Below are positions 8,400 to 16,872 of a stretch of DNA of 41,486 bases, in pieces. Source of the stretch: a virus (Duplodnaviria; Caudoviricetes). The notes beneath the pieces are model-generated. The model was not told the origin of the DNA and did not search any database. It worked only from the letters and a program-made list of their open reading frames with translations. Both the position numbers and the translations under genes were made by a program. Each line of letters begins with the position of its first letter. The first letter of the stretch is position 1. Location of the stretch: the IMG/VR virus record IMGVR_UViG_3300017747_002615, positions 1 through 41,486 of that record, one strand, 5' to 3'.

Positions 8400-10330
8400 C
8401 CTTCCTCGCCCGGTTCCCTCTCCTGCGCGTCGAGCATTGCCGGGTGCATGATATCCCGGTAACGCTCGGCCTGTGCGCGGGCATGTTCGGCGCGTGCGCT
8501 GAATCGCCCGTCTAGGTATCGGGGGTTGATGATGATGGTTCGCGGTATGTTGCCGGTTCTATCGAATCCCTGATTAGCGGATCGCCCAAGCCCGATATTG
8601 ATAACGCTATCCCAAAATTCCCTCCTTTTCGGGATCGTGTTCAATTCACGGTAGGTTGACCACTTGCCCGACAGGTATCCGGGTTGCACTTCGGTCAGAC
8701 CTCGCGCCAGCACGAAATCCGCGAACTTGACCAGCATCTCATTTTCTGGATTGCTGGCCTGCTGGCTCTCATAGAATTGCACAGCATGGGGCCATAAGAA
8801 TTCCCGCATCCATGTCCAGCACTGCTGCATGGTGGCAAGTGATACCTCGGGCGATGGGACGAATTCGCCACGGTCTAGCTGTTCCCGCGTCATGTTGCAC
8901 CGAGCAGCATCGGCAATGCAATGCGAAGTGATCGCTAACCTACCAAATAACCCTTCCCATTTGTTGACCGTACCGGCGAGGGCGGGGGCAATGCCGGATT
9001 GCACGGCATGAGAAATCCACTTAACCCGCTCGTCCATAAACCGGGCGGCTTCTTTGGACAGCCTGACCGGATTACCTCTGGGCATCATGGCAGCAAGGTT
9101 TTCCATGATCTTTTTCCACTGAGCGGCGGCGGACTGATCGGCGGGGCGTCTAGGAACCTGAACGGCGGGCCTGGATAGCACGATCTGGAACCGCTGGAGC
9201 ATTCCGTCCGCCCCTAGCTTTGCCGCCACCTTGCGGAAAACGTCAGGCTGAATGCCGCCGATGATAGGCACACCCCATGGATCAATGAACCACGTCCCAC
9301 CGCCTACCCGGTCAATCGGGCGGGCTTTGGACTCGTAAGCGGACAGATACGCAGGCCGGTCAATGTCGGATTTTCCGTTAGTGAAGGCATCGAATGAGCC
9401 GAACCATCCGGATAACTCATCCTTAATAACGGCGATTTTCTTGCGCGGGTTGTCTGTGAACGTCTTTGCAATGCCTTGCAGCGTGGCATCATCCGTCCAG
9501 TACCGGGTATGGGGCGGGGCGGGGTCAAGCTCGGGAACCGGCGCGTTTGGATTCTTGGCGGCTTCGGTATAGTAGGACTGCATCTGCTTTTCGTGGATTT
9601 TTATCTTGCGCTCGTGCGTCTTCCACGATTCTTCTTCCTGCATCCGTGTGCGTGCGTCAATGGCTTTGAATTGGTGCATTGCAATATCAAGACCAACGCC
9701 CTTCTTTTCCCCGAACATTCCGACAACTGCGGCCCACAAAATAGGGTATTCCGTCCAGACACGGGAACCATCGCCCATGTCCTCCTGCATCTGTACGCCT
9801 ATGCCAGCGCGGATTGTGGCGGCGGCTATGGTGTAGCAATTTAGGGCAACTTGGGCAACATCCACCCCGGCCCGGTCTGCCTGATCGCGGATATATGGCT
9901 CAATCTCTGGAGGCAAGCATCCGGGCGGGAAAGGCGGGAAAGTTATGCCGCCGAACAAATTAACCGGCTCAGGCCACTCAGAATCACCCGTAGGCTCGTT
10001 ATGCACCCATTCCGGGGTTTGGTGCGGCTCGGCCTGAACGTGGCTTATAGTGCGTTCTACGGGATTTGGCGTGGTGTCTGCGGGGATTCGGTTAAATTCG
10101 TCCGCGTATGCGTCTAGGGGGATATCCGGGGGCATTTCCCCGAAGGCTCCCGGCGCGTCAGGCATGGTGGAGGGGAGGACTCCACTGGGAACGGAAGGGG
10201 ATTCCGCTGCCTGCGCGCCGGAAGGCGTTGCGCCGTTCGGCTTGGCGCGTGAATGTTGCTTTTTGTACTGTGCCGCTAGTCTATCAAGGTTTGACAGGTC
10301 TGTGTCAAGGTCGGAGGGGTGGGCGCTCAT
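8396..10330 (-). CDS. DUF3987/YfjI-family P-loop replication protein (helicase-like)
   Basis: WPEP linker, PILWAAVVGMFGEKKG (Walker A region), DATLQGI, IAVIKDELSGWFGSFD (Walker B), IIGGIQP and DGMLQRF. Confidence 0.8.
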   Translation of the reverse strand: MSAHPSDLDTDLSNLDRLAAQYKKQHSRAKPNGATPSGAQAAESPSVPSGVLPSTMPDAPGAFGEMPPDIPLDAYADEFNRIPADTTPNPVERTISHVQAEPHQTPEWVHNEPTGDSEWPEPVNLFGGITFPPFPPGCLPPEIEPYIRDQADRAGVDVAQVALNCYTIAAATIRAGIGVQMQEDMGDGSRVWTEYPILWAAVVGMFGEKKGVGLDIAMHQFKAIDARTRMQEEESWKTHERKIKIHEKQMQSYYTEAAKNPNAPVPELDPAPPHTRYWTDDATLQGIAKTFTDNPRKKIAVIKDELSGWFGSFDAFTNGKSDIDRPAYLSAYESKARPIDRVGGGTWFIDPWGVPIIGGIQPDVFRKVAAKLGADGMLQRFQIVLSRPAVQVPRRPADQSAAAQWKKIMENLAAMMPRGNPVRLSKEAARFMDERVKWISHAVQSGIAPALAGTVNKWEGLFGRLAITSHCIADAARCNMTREQLDRGEFVPSPEVSLATMQQCWTWMREFLWPHAVQFYESQQASNPENEMLVKFADFVLARGLTEVQPGYLSGKWSTYRELNTIPKRREFWDSVINIGLGRSANQGFDRTGNIPRTIIINPRYLDGRFSARAEHARAQAERYRDIMHPAMLDAQEREPGEEG

Positions 10331-10620
10331 GCCGCCACCCTAGCCCGAGCAATCCGCGCCTCTGCGTGGTCGAGTCCGGCGCTTGCCAGGAACGTGAGCA
10401 TTCCGGTTAGCGCCTGAACGATGGCCTTCTGCTCGGGTAACGGTATGTCCTGCCATTCCGAGGTATGCCAGCGATAGTGCAGGGCGCTGCGTTGCAACAA
10501 AGTGATGCGCGAAGCCTTCCCGAGTCGCGCCCAAACGTCGGCAATCTTTCCCTTGTCCATCGCCTCTGAAATCCGTAGCGCCGCGATACCGGCCAATCCT
10601 GCTGCTGTCAATTGTTCCAT
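10327..10620 (-). CDS. Hypothetical protein
   Basis: ATG 10620 with a GGGAGG RBS; ATGA overlap with the DUF3987 gene. Confidence 0.6.
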   Translation of the reverse strand: MEQLTAAGLAGIAALRISEAMDKGKIADVWARLGKASRITLLQRSALHYRWHTSEWQDIPLPEQKAIVQALTGMLTFLASAGLDHAEARIARARVAA

Positions 10621-10655
10621 TAGTGCCAGCCTCCCGCTGGTTAGTGTTCGTTGGG

Positions 10656-10832
10656 CTACCGATGGGGACGGGTAGCATACTCCTGTTTTTCGCGCAGCAA
10701 TGGGGCGAGTATCTTGCGAATAATGCTGCAATGCTGCGGCCTGTTATTGCACATATCGGGGTCAATGCCAGAGCAGCCGATGTCTCTGCATATCTCAGTT
10801 AGCGGGAGTGGCAACACTTTTTCATCGCTCAT
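10656..10832 (-). CDS. 58-aa Cys-containing hypothetical protein
   Basis: MSDEKVLPLPLTEICRDIGCSGIDPDMCNNRPQHCSII...; ATGA coupled to the upstream gene. Confidence 0.5.
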   Translation of the reverse strand: MSDEKVLPLPLTEICRDIGCSGIDPDMCNNRPQHCSIIRKILAPLLREKQEYATRPHR

Positions 10833-11107
10833 TTCGCGGCTTTCTCGGTGAGGGCGATAGCAAGCGCGTCAATTGCGGCCCGCACGTTTCCCCTCCTGTA
10901 TTCATCGTTTCCGTAGAACACAGTCGCCTTCCTTTGCAAACCCGCACCACTGAATGAGCCTGTCGCGCACACTTCAACGTGAACGCCTTGTGTCCAGCAC
11001 GCATCCAAAACATCCAGCCTTGACGCATCCTTCGCGGCCTCGCGGAGTCGGGCTATCTCTGCGCGCAGCATGTCCACGCTCCACAGTGCTTCCGGTGTGT
11101 CGGTCAT
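10829..11107 (-). CDS. Hypothetical protein
   Basis: 92 aa, DASRLD...VRAAIDA phage motif; coupled on both sides. Confidence 0.65.
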   Translation of the reverse strand: MTDTPEALWSVDMLRAEIARLREAAKDASRLDVLDACWTQGVHVEVCATGSFSGAGLQRKATVFYGNDEYRRGNVRAAIDALAIALTEKAAK

Positions 11108-11319
11108 GTCATCCCCCTGTTCAATCGTTGCTTGCGTGGCCGTCCCGTAGCCTTCTGCTTCGGCTCCCGTATCTTGTGCGAAAACAGATTTCCTATGCCG
11201 CGCCCAAATGCTATTGCTGGCGTTACTCTGCCTTCACGCACAAGCGTATTCAGGCGCGATACAGACATGCCCCACTTCTCGGCAAGCTGTGCCGTGGTCA
11301 GTAAGTTGAAATTAGTCAT
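11104..11319 (-). CDS. Xis-like HTH DNA-binding protein with C-terminal GRPRK (AT-hook-like)
   Basis: LLTTAQLAEKWGMSVSRLNTLVREGRV; GGAG RBS. Confidence 0.75.
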   Translation of the reverse strand: MTNFNLLTTAQLAEKWGMSVSRLNTLVREGRVTPAIAFGRGIGNLFSHKIREPKQKATGRPRKQRLNRGMT

Positions 11320-11485
11320 CGCTCTCCACCCTCTCCCACGACACGCCGCGCTCTTGGCCGTTTTCGCAGGCGTATTTCACATGCACGACGCCGAATTCTT
11401 TTTTCATCGCGTCCACGAACTCGGCTACCTTGGGCATTGCTTCTCTGTTGGCGGCGGCGGTCATGGGTTGAGTATTTTCTGCCAT
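11312..11485 (-). CDS. Hypothetical protein
   Basis: MAENTQPMTAAANREAMPKVAEFVDAMKKEFG...; overlaps both neighbours. Confidence 0.6.
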   Translation of the reverse strand: MAENTQPMTAAANREAMPKVAEFVDAMKKEFGVVHVKYACENGQERGVSWERVESDD

Positions 11486-11946
11486 TTTGCCTTTTTCTCC
11501 ATAGGTTGATCGGTTCGCCTTCCCCCTCTGCTTGGTACATTCCAATCGCCACCGGGGGATATACCAATCATTTTCCACCCCGACGCAATTAGTGAAGTCC
11601 CAGGCTCGGACTCAAGAATAAATGTTTGAATGCTTTTGTATCCAATTTCGCGGGCGACTCTTGCAGCTGCCGCATACAGCAAACTGCAAGCGTTTTTTGT
11701 TCCGTCAGTGCACAGTCTTGTTACTTCAACGACCAATCTTTGATCTGTCATACGAGCAACTGGCCTACCAATAATCGCCACTCCAACAACATCCTCACAC
11801 AGATACGGGCCAGCCGGTATCACATCGCGCACTTCCGACTGAACCGCAGCGATGCTGAACCGATGGCCTACCACCGGCTTATGGTGTCGATGGTGCTTTG
11901 CAATGAAGGCATTGGCATCCTTTAATTCGCACGGCATTATTTTCAT
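11461..11946 (-). CDS. XF1762-family protein (GNAT fold, Mu Mom-like; putative DNA modification enzyme)
   Basis: ANAFIAKHHRHH, VGVAIIGRPVAR, EVTRLCTDGTKNACSLLY and GYKSIQTFILESEPGTSLIASGW. Confidence 0.8.
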   Translation of the reverse strand: MKIMPCELKDANAFIAKHHRHHKPVVGHRFSIAAVQSEVRDVIPAGPYLCEDVVGVAIIGRPVARMTDQRLVVEVTRLCTDGTKNACSLLYAAAARVAREIGYKSIQTFILESEPGTSLIASGWKMIGISPGGDWNVPSRGGRRTDQPMEKKAKWQKILNP

Positions 11947-12123
11947 CTATTCCCCCGGCCTCCAAGATTTACCCTTCGCCCGATACTCCGCGCATCGGGC
12001 CAGATTGTCCCTCATCGGAATCGACATCGGCTTGATCGGCACAAATTCCACAGCCTCCCTCGCCGGAACCGCCGACTTGCTGCGGGGCATGGGGATGTAG
12101 CCTTGTTTCAGTTGTTCGGTCAT
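11947..12123 (-). CDS. Hypothetical protein
   Basis: ATG 12123 with a GGAGG RBS and ATGA overlap. Confidence 0.55.
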   Translation of the reverse strand: MTEQLKQGYIPMPRSKSAVPAREAVEFVPIKPMSIPMRDNLARCAEYRAKGKSWRPGE

Positions 12124-12677
12124 GTAGCCTCCACAATGTTTACCGCGTCTTGACCGGAGCAGCAAAAACCGCCCCGACCGCCTCTTGCTATGACGCCGCG
12201 AATGAAGCGCCATTGATCTTTAGCGCGATAGTCCGATGGCGTCATGTGCCAAGTCCGCGCTTTGGCCTCCAGCACCAGGAATTGCCCCGTTATCAGCATC
12301 CCGTAATAGTCCGGTATCAGCATCTTTTCATTCTCGTCAGACGGACGCTTGACGAAACGCGCAAACCGCACATGATGATCGACGCCATGATTGTCCTTGA
12401 ACGTGGACTGTCCCGAGTTTGCGCGTACTAAAAACGCTATCAAAGGATGTCCCTTTAGCGCAGCCTCAATCTCGTCTGATACCGCTGACTCTAAATCGTT
12501 ATCTGCCATGCGCTGTTGCCTTAGTGCCGGTGCTTGATATGGCTCCGGTGATTTCCCATAGATGGCCATCCCTTTGGCCGCACGGTCTTTATCCGGCGCT
12601 GACATGGCAAGGAATGCGTGCTGTTGAGCCTTGGCTGTGTCCCATTCGTGCTGCTCTCTCTTGTTACGCGGCTTCAT
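12120..12677 (-). CDS. VRR-NUC domain nuclease (putative Holliday junction resolvase)
   Basis: LESAV...IPDYYG...FLVLEAKA...DQWRFIRGVIARGGRGGF, a PD-(D/E)xK pattern. Confidence 0.8.
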   Translation of the reverse strand: MKPRNKREQHEWDTAKAQQHAFLAMSAPDKDRAAKGMAIYGKSPEPYQAPALRQQRMADNDLESAVSDEIEAALKGHPLIAFLVRANSGQSTFKDNHGVDHHVRFARFVKRPSDENEKMLIPDYYGMLITGQFLVLEAKARTWHMTPSDYRAKDQWRFIRGVIARGGRGGFCCSGQDAVNIVEAT

Positions 12678-12853
12678 TTCGCTCTCATAATCTGCGCCAC
12701 CATGCCGCCAATCCCCATCGGCAACGTGCCTGCGACAATCGCGGCCTTAACTCTACGCCTAGCATTCCTCTCGCGCTTCCACTTCGCCTGATATTTGCGC
12801 AGGCGATTGATGTGGCGGCGGCGGTAGTCGCGCAGGTACTCGGCTCGGGTCAT
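12674..12853 (-). CDS. 59-aa basic hypothetical protein
   Basis: MTRAEYLRDYRRRHINRLRKYQAKWKRERNARRR...; ATGA coupled on both sides. Confidence 0.55.
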   Translation of the reverse strand: MTRAEYLRDYRRRHINRLRKYQAKWKRERNARRRVKAAIVAGTLPMGIGGMVAQIMRAK

Positions 12854-13020
12854 TTCTTCGCCACCTTTAGCGCCCCTTTAGTCGCGTCCTGATACTGGAA
12901 CTGTCTTAGCATTGGTATGCCGGATGACTTCCAGCCAGCAACGGATGGTTGTTGAATCCCCAGAGCATCAGCCGCAGCCTGTTGGGTCTTGTAGTAGGCA
13001 ATCAGTTGTTTGTATGTCAT
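12850..13020 (-). CDS. cro: Cro-like (YdaS/DicC-type) HTH regulator, 56 aa, missing from the ORF track
   Basis: MTYKQLIAYYKTQQAAADALGIQQPSVAGWKSSGIPMLRQFQYQDATKGALKVAKK; first gene of the arm leading to replication genes. Confidence 0.85.
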   Translation of the reverse strand: MTYKQLIAYYKTQQAAADALGIQQPSVAGWKSSGIPMLRQFQYQDATKGALKVAKK

Positions 13021-13028
13021 GGCTCAGA

Positions 13029-13120
13029 AGGGTAATTGAAGTTTCGGGAAAGCGCAATAGGCCACCTTATAAATATTTATAGCCTAGCCTATTGACATGC
13101 CAATCCGACAGGCGTAAAAC
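13029..13120. promoter_or_regulatory. Divergent promoter pair with two operator-like palindromes
   Basis: Rightward TTGACA(13092-13097)-17bp-TAAAAC(13115-13120). Leftward TTGCGC-17bp-TACCCT. Operators ATAGGCCACCTTAT(13057-13070) and ATAGCCTAGCCTAT(13079-13092). Confidence 0.7.
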
Positions 13121-13153
13121 GTCAATTGTCGAGTGACAACCAACGGGGAAAAC

Positions 13154-13432
13154 ATGGAATACGAGAACCAAATGACGGTCGGCGCAGCTTCGGAATACGA
13201 AAGGCAGAATCCAGAACTCACACCCGAGCAAGAAGCTACCCTACTCGAATCCGCCACAGACGACGTTGACCTTGGCGACTATTGGGGCGACCACTTGTAT
13301 AAGCTGGAAGTAAGCCGCCAACTGCGCGCACTGTGCGAGGCGATTCGCGTCAATCAAGACGATGCCACGATTGCGCGCATGGCACGTCACCTTCGCACGC
13401 TGGCGATTGACGAGGTTTTCAATGGCGACTGA
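13154..13432 (+). CDS. Hypothetical acidic protein
   Basis: ATG 13154 after a GGGG RBS; first gene after the rightward promoter. Confidence 0.65.
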   Translation: MEYENQMTVGAASEYERQNPELTPEQEATLLESATDDVDLGDYWGDHLYKLEVSRQLRALCEAIRVNQDDATIARMARHLRTLAIDEVFNGD

Positions 13433-13550
13433 CCGCGACGACCACGACGACCTCCCCGACGTAGTATTCGTCGGCCTAGCGTTCTGCGTGACGGTGATTA
13501 TCGGCGTCGGGGCTGTGATTATGGTGGCCTATTTCATTGCGAGATTTTGA
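13422..13550 (+). CDS. Small single-TM membrane protein
   Basis: MATDRDDHDDLPD followed by a 27-residue hydrophobic run; GAGG RBS. Confidence 0.55.
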   Translation: MATDRDDHDDLPDVVFVGLAFCVTVIIGVGAVIMVAYFIARF

Positions 13551-13551
13551 C

Positions 13552-13776
13552 ATGCAGACAATCAAGATGATGCGCTACCTTGGCAAAGTCGAAAGCAAGT
13601 GGATCGATCCGACGATCACCAACCCAATCCTGCGCACCATGCCACGCGGCGAGACTCTGCACATTCCAGTCGAGCGCAAGAATTGGTTGCCGGAGCCTGA
13701 TGCGCTGGTGCTGTATGTGTGCATTGTGGCTTATGTGGTGGCGCAGTTCTGCATATTCATGGGGTGGATGCGGTAA
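13552..13776 (+). CDS. Small protein with C-terminal TM helix
   Basis: ALVLYVCIVAYVVAQFCIFMGW; TAATG coupled to the exonuclease. Confidence 0.6.
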   Translation: MQTIKMMRYLGKVESKWIDPTITNPILRTMPRGETLHIPVERKNWLPEPDALVLYVCIVAYVVAQFCIFMGWMR

Positions 13777-14468
13777 TGGGCATCACCTATCACAAGGAAG
13801 TCGTTCAGGGAAGCGAGTCCTGGCACTCCATGCGCTGCGGTGTGCTCACAGCCAGCGAAATGCACCTGATTGTCACGCCGACGCTCAAAGTTGCCGACAA
13901 TGACAAAACACGCGCCCACCTGTATGAACTATTGGCGCAGCGGATTACTGGCTACGTTGAGCCGCAGTATGTGTCGGATGCAATGTTACGCGGCCAGTCA
14001 GACGAAATAGCGGCGGGTGAACTGTACGCAACAAATTATGCGCCGATTGAGCGAATAGGCTTTGTGACTAATGACAAATGGGGATTTACGATTGGTTATT
14101 CCCCGGACGCTCTAGTTGGAGAAGATGGCCTTATTGAGTGCAAGAGTCGCGCACAGAAACACCAGATCAAGACCATTGTTGACTACGTTGATACCAACAT
14201 AATCGACCCTAATTACATGATTCAAGTGCAGACAGGGCTGCTTGTCACTGGCCGCAAGTGGTGCGATCTGGTTTCGTACTGCGGTGGTTTACCAATGGCG
14301 ACTGTCCGTGTATTCCCGCATGAGGATGCGCAAAAGGCAATTATTGAATCTGCCACGGCATTTGAAAAAAAACTTGCAGACAAACTGGAAACCTATAACG
14401 TACTTTTGAAATCGAAGGCGCGTCTGATACCGACCGAACGCACCATTGAACAGGAAATGCACCTCTAA
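13776..14468 (+). CDS. YqaJ/lambda-exonuclease family protein
   Basis: QGSESWHSMRCGVLTASE, GYSPDALVGEDGLIECK and YMIQVQTGLLVTGRKWCDLVSY. Confidence 0.92.
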   Translation: MGITYHKEVVQGSESWHSMRCGVLTASEMHLIVTPTLKVADNDKTRAHLYELLAQRITGYVEPQYVSDAMLRGQSDEIAAGELYATNYAPIERIGFVTNDKWGFTIGYSPDALVGEDGLIECKSRAQKHQIKTIVDYVDTNIIDPNYMIQVQTGLLVTGRKWCDLVSYCGGLPMATVRVFPHEDAQKAIIESATAFEKKLADKLETYNVLLKSKARLIPTERTIEQEMHL

Positions 14469-15037
14469 TGGAAACGTGGAAACTCATAAAGTGTGCGCCA
14501 GAATATAAGGTCAGCAATATGGGGCGTGTCCGACGCTTCATTCGTGGGAAAAAGAACCATGACTGTCGCGTGCTAAAGCCGTGGTTAAATAATAAAGGCT
14601 ATCCAATTGTTGGACTGTCCGTTTCCGGCGCTCAGAAAAGGAAACTGGTATCACGCCTTGTTTGCGAAGCGTTTAAAGGCGCGCAGCCATCAAAAAAGCA
14701 TGAGGTTGCTCACAATGATGGCGACCCAAAGAACAACCGCTCCAATAACCTACGTTGGGCCACTCGCAAGGAAAACATGGCCGACTGTATCAGGCACGGT
14801 ACAAAGGTAACTGGCGCAAGGCATTTTACGGCAACAAACCCTGAAAAAATAGCGCGTGGTGAACGACACGGAATGTCTGTTCTTTCTCCAAAGATTGTAT
14901 TGAAAATACGAAGGACAAAGAAAGTAAATGGTTCTGGTGTTGCGCTAGCAAAACTGTTTGGTGTTACTCCATCAACAATTTGCATGATACGCAACGGTAA
15001 AACTTGGAAGCATTTAACCGGAAAGGAATCAGCATGA
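14468..15037 (+). CDS. Free-standing NUMOD4-HNH homing endonuclease
   Basis: METWK...YKVSNMGRVR (NUMOD4), VSRLVCEAF...VAHNDGDPKNNRSNNLRWATRKEN (HNH_3) and a C-terminal HTH. Confidence 0.92.
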   Translation: METWKLIKCAPEYKVSNMGRVRRFIRGKKNHDCRVLKPWLNNKGYPIVGLSVSGAQKRKLVSRLVCEAFKGAQPSKKHEVAHNDGDPKNNRSNNLRWATRKENMADCIRHGTKVTGARHFTATNPEKIARGERHGMSVLSPKIVLKIRRTKKVNGSGVALAKLFGVTPSTICMIRNGKTWKHLTGKESA

Positions 15038-15609
15038 GTACCATGGCAGAGGCTATTGTTCCGCGCAGCGACCAATTAAATAGCGACGATTTATTGGCAG
15101 GCCCAATTACCATTACAGTTACCGAGGTAACAATCCGCTCCGGCGAACAGCCTGTCAGCATCCATTATGAGGGTGACAACGGCAAGCCGTACAAATCTTG
15201 CAAGAGCATGAACCGCGTATTGGTCATGTGTTGGGGGCCGGATGCGAAGAACTACATCGGGCGCTCCATGACTCTGTACCGTGATCCGACGGTAAAATGG
15301 GCGGGGCAGGAGATTGGGGGGATACGCATTTCGCATCTGAGCCACCTGGATTCCGCCGTGACGATGGCCCTGACCGCCACGAAGGGAAGTCGCAAGCCCT
15401 TCACCGTCAAGCCGCTGGAGAAGAAAAAGCCGCTGACCAAGGAAGAACGCACGGCCAAAGTAATGGCTGCGTTCGGGCCAGTTGGCGTGACTGAGGAAGC
15501 ATTGCAGGAGTTTCTTGGCAAGGACGCAGGAACGGCAACTGTTGCCGAACTGGAGGCTGCTATGGCGCATTTTACCAGCCCGCCGCCGACCGAACAGGAG
15601 CAATCATGA
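15034..15609 (+). CDS. Conserved exonuclease-partner protein (putative ssDNA-binding or annealing protein)
   Basis: PRSDQLNSDDL...KPYKSCKSMNRVL...WG...YIGRSMTLYRDPTVKW...GGIRISHLSH; the function is inferred from position. Confidence 0.6.
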   Translation: MSTMAEAIVPRSDQLNSDDLLAGPITITVTEVTIRSGEQPVSIHYEGDNGKPYKSCKSMNRVLVMCWGPDAKNYIGRSMTLYRDPTVKWAGQEIGGIRISHLSHLDSAVTMALTATKGSRKPFTVKPLEKKKPLTKEERTAKVMAAFGPVGVTEEALQEFLGKDAGTATVAELEAAMAHFTSPPPTEQEQS

Positions 15610-16109
15610 CCACCGCCAGCGCCCCGGAGTTGACGCGGGAGCAGATCGAGGAATTGCGCCATGAACTATGGGCGACCAATACTCTAGCTGTTACCGGCAG
15701 CCAGATTGACGCACTTTGCAATGCTGCCCTGCGCTCGCTATCCGCCCCGGCAGCGGAGGGGGCGTTGAATAGCTTGGCGCGAAACTGTCACGCAGCCAAT
15801 CAGCACTGGTGGCACCACCCTGTCACTGGTGAACGACTCGACCGTAACAAGGGAGAATTGCTGATGCTTATTGTCAGCGAAGTTTCCGAGTGCATGGAGG
15901 GTGAGCGCAAGGGGCTGATGGACGACCACCTGCCGCACAGGAAGATGGCCGAAGTCGAACTGGCCGACGTTCTCATTCGCGTGTTCGACTACGCAGGCGC
16001 TTACGGATACGACCTTGATGGCGCTGTTGCAGAGAAGCGCGCCTACAACGCAAACCGCGCTGACCACAAAGCCGATGCGCGCCTGAAAGATGGAGGCAAG
16101 AAATGGTAG
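15606..16109 (+). CDS. MazG-like all-alpha nucleotide pyrophosphohydrolase
   Basis: LMLIVSEVSECMEGERK...EVELADVLIRVFD: ExxE...ExxD metal-binding motif. Confidence 0.85.
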   Translation: MTTASAPELTREQIEELRHELWATNTLAVTGSQIDALCNAALRSLSAPAAEGALNSLARNCHAANQHWWHHPVTGERLDRNKGELLMLIVSEVSECMEGERKGLMDDHLPHRKMAEVELADVLIRVFDYAGAYGYDLDGAVAEKRAYNANRADHKADARLKDGGKKW

Positions 16110-16696
16110 ACAAAAACACGTCCGCCCCTCGCGGCGACTGGTTTGCTGGTCGTGATGCGGCTATACAGAGCATCGTGGACAGTGGAATGCTGTCTGAGGA
16201 TGGTCGCGTCATCAAAAACGCCCGCGCCCTGCTGCCGACGGTGGAGCCTGTGTCCGACATGGACTACGGCAACAACATGGACATTCAGCTAGCGCCGACG
16301 GTGGAGGGGGAGCGGGATGTCCGCGTTATGTTTGAACAATACGCCGCCGCACAGGGCTACAAGGATTTCGAGCAAAACGAGTTCGGGGATTACAGCAATC
16401 CGAACATGAATGGACTTTGGACATTCTGGCAAGCAGCCCTGCGCACCCGCCCTGCCGAGTCGAAAGGGCCGCACGTCGTGGTTCACAAGGCGATGTTGGC
16501 CGAACTTCAAGAACGCGCAGCCGCAGCGGGGAGCGTGCCTGTACCGCTTGAAAGATTGCAGTGGCTTAGAGCGGCCATTAATCACGGATACGGAAATCTC
16601 CCAAAGGATTCTCCGCCGGGGCCTCCGACAACTATTCTGGCTTCACTGGACGAACTTCTCTCCGCCGCTCCGTCAGGGAAGGCGGGTGGGGCGTGA
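16103..16696 (+). CDS. Hypothetical protein
   Basis: 197 aa, GGAGG RBS, overlapping neighbours. Confidence 0.65.
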   Translation: MVDKNTSAPRGDWFAGRDAAIQSIVDSGMLSEDGRVIKNARALLPTVEPVSDMDYGNNMDIQLAPTVEGERDVRVMFEQYAAAQGYKDFEQNEFGDYSNPNMNGLWTFWQAALRTRPAESKGPHVVVHKAMLAELQERAAAAGSVPVPLERLQWLRAAINHGYGNLPKDSPPGPPTTILASLDELLSAAPSGKAGGA

Positions 16697-16872
16697 TGCA
16701 ATGCCAAACATGCAATAGCAGGTTCGCCCGCGAAATGTGTCCGTTGCCGTGCTATCGCTGCGCCTGCCGTGGCGAATACTGCCGGCTGCTTGGGCGTGAT
16801 TCATCCAAGGACACTGAATGTCCGGCATGCCGCACCCCCACCGAGCCATCGACATCTGGGGAGGGGAAGTGA
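16696..16872 (+). CDS. 58-aa Cys-rich (zinc finger-like) protein
   Basis: MQCQTCNSRFAREMCPLPCYRCACRGEYCRLLGRDSSKDTECPACR...; TGATG coupled. Confidence 0.55.
   Translation: MQCQTCNSRFAREMCPLPCYRCACRGEYCRLLGRDSSKDTECPACRTPTEPSTSGEGK

Noticed and set aside
11104-11319. Xis-like HTH as evidence of lysogeny
   Set aside because: No integrase or att-like context was found, and such HTH proteins also act as ordinary regulators.
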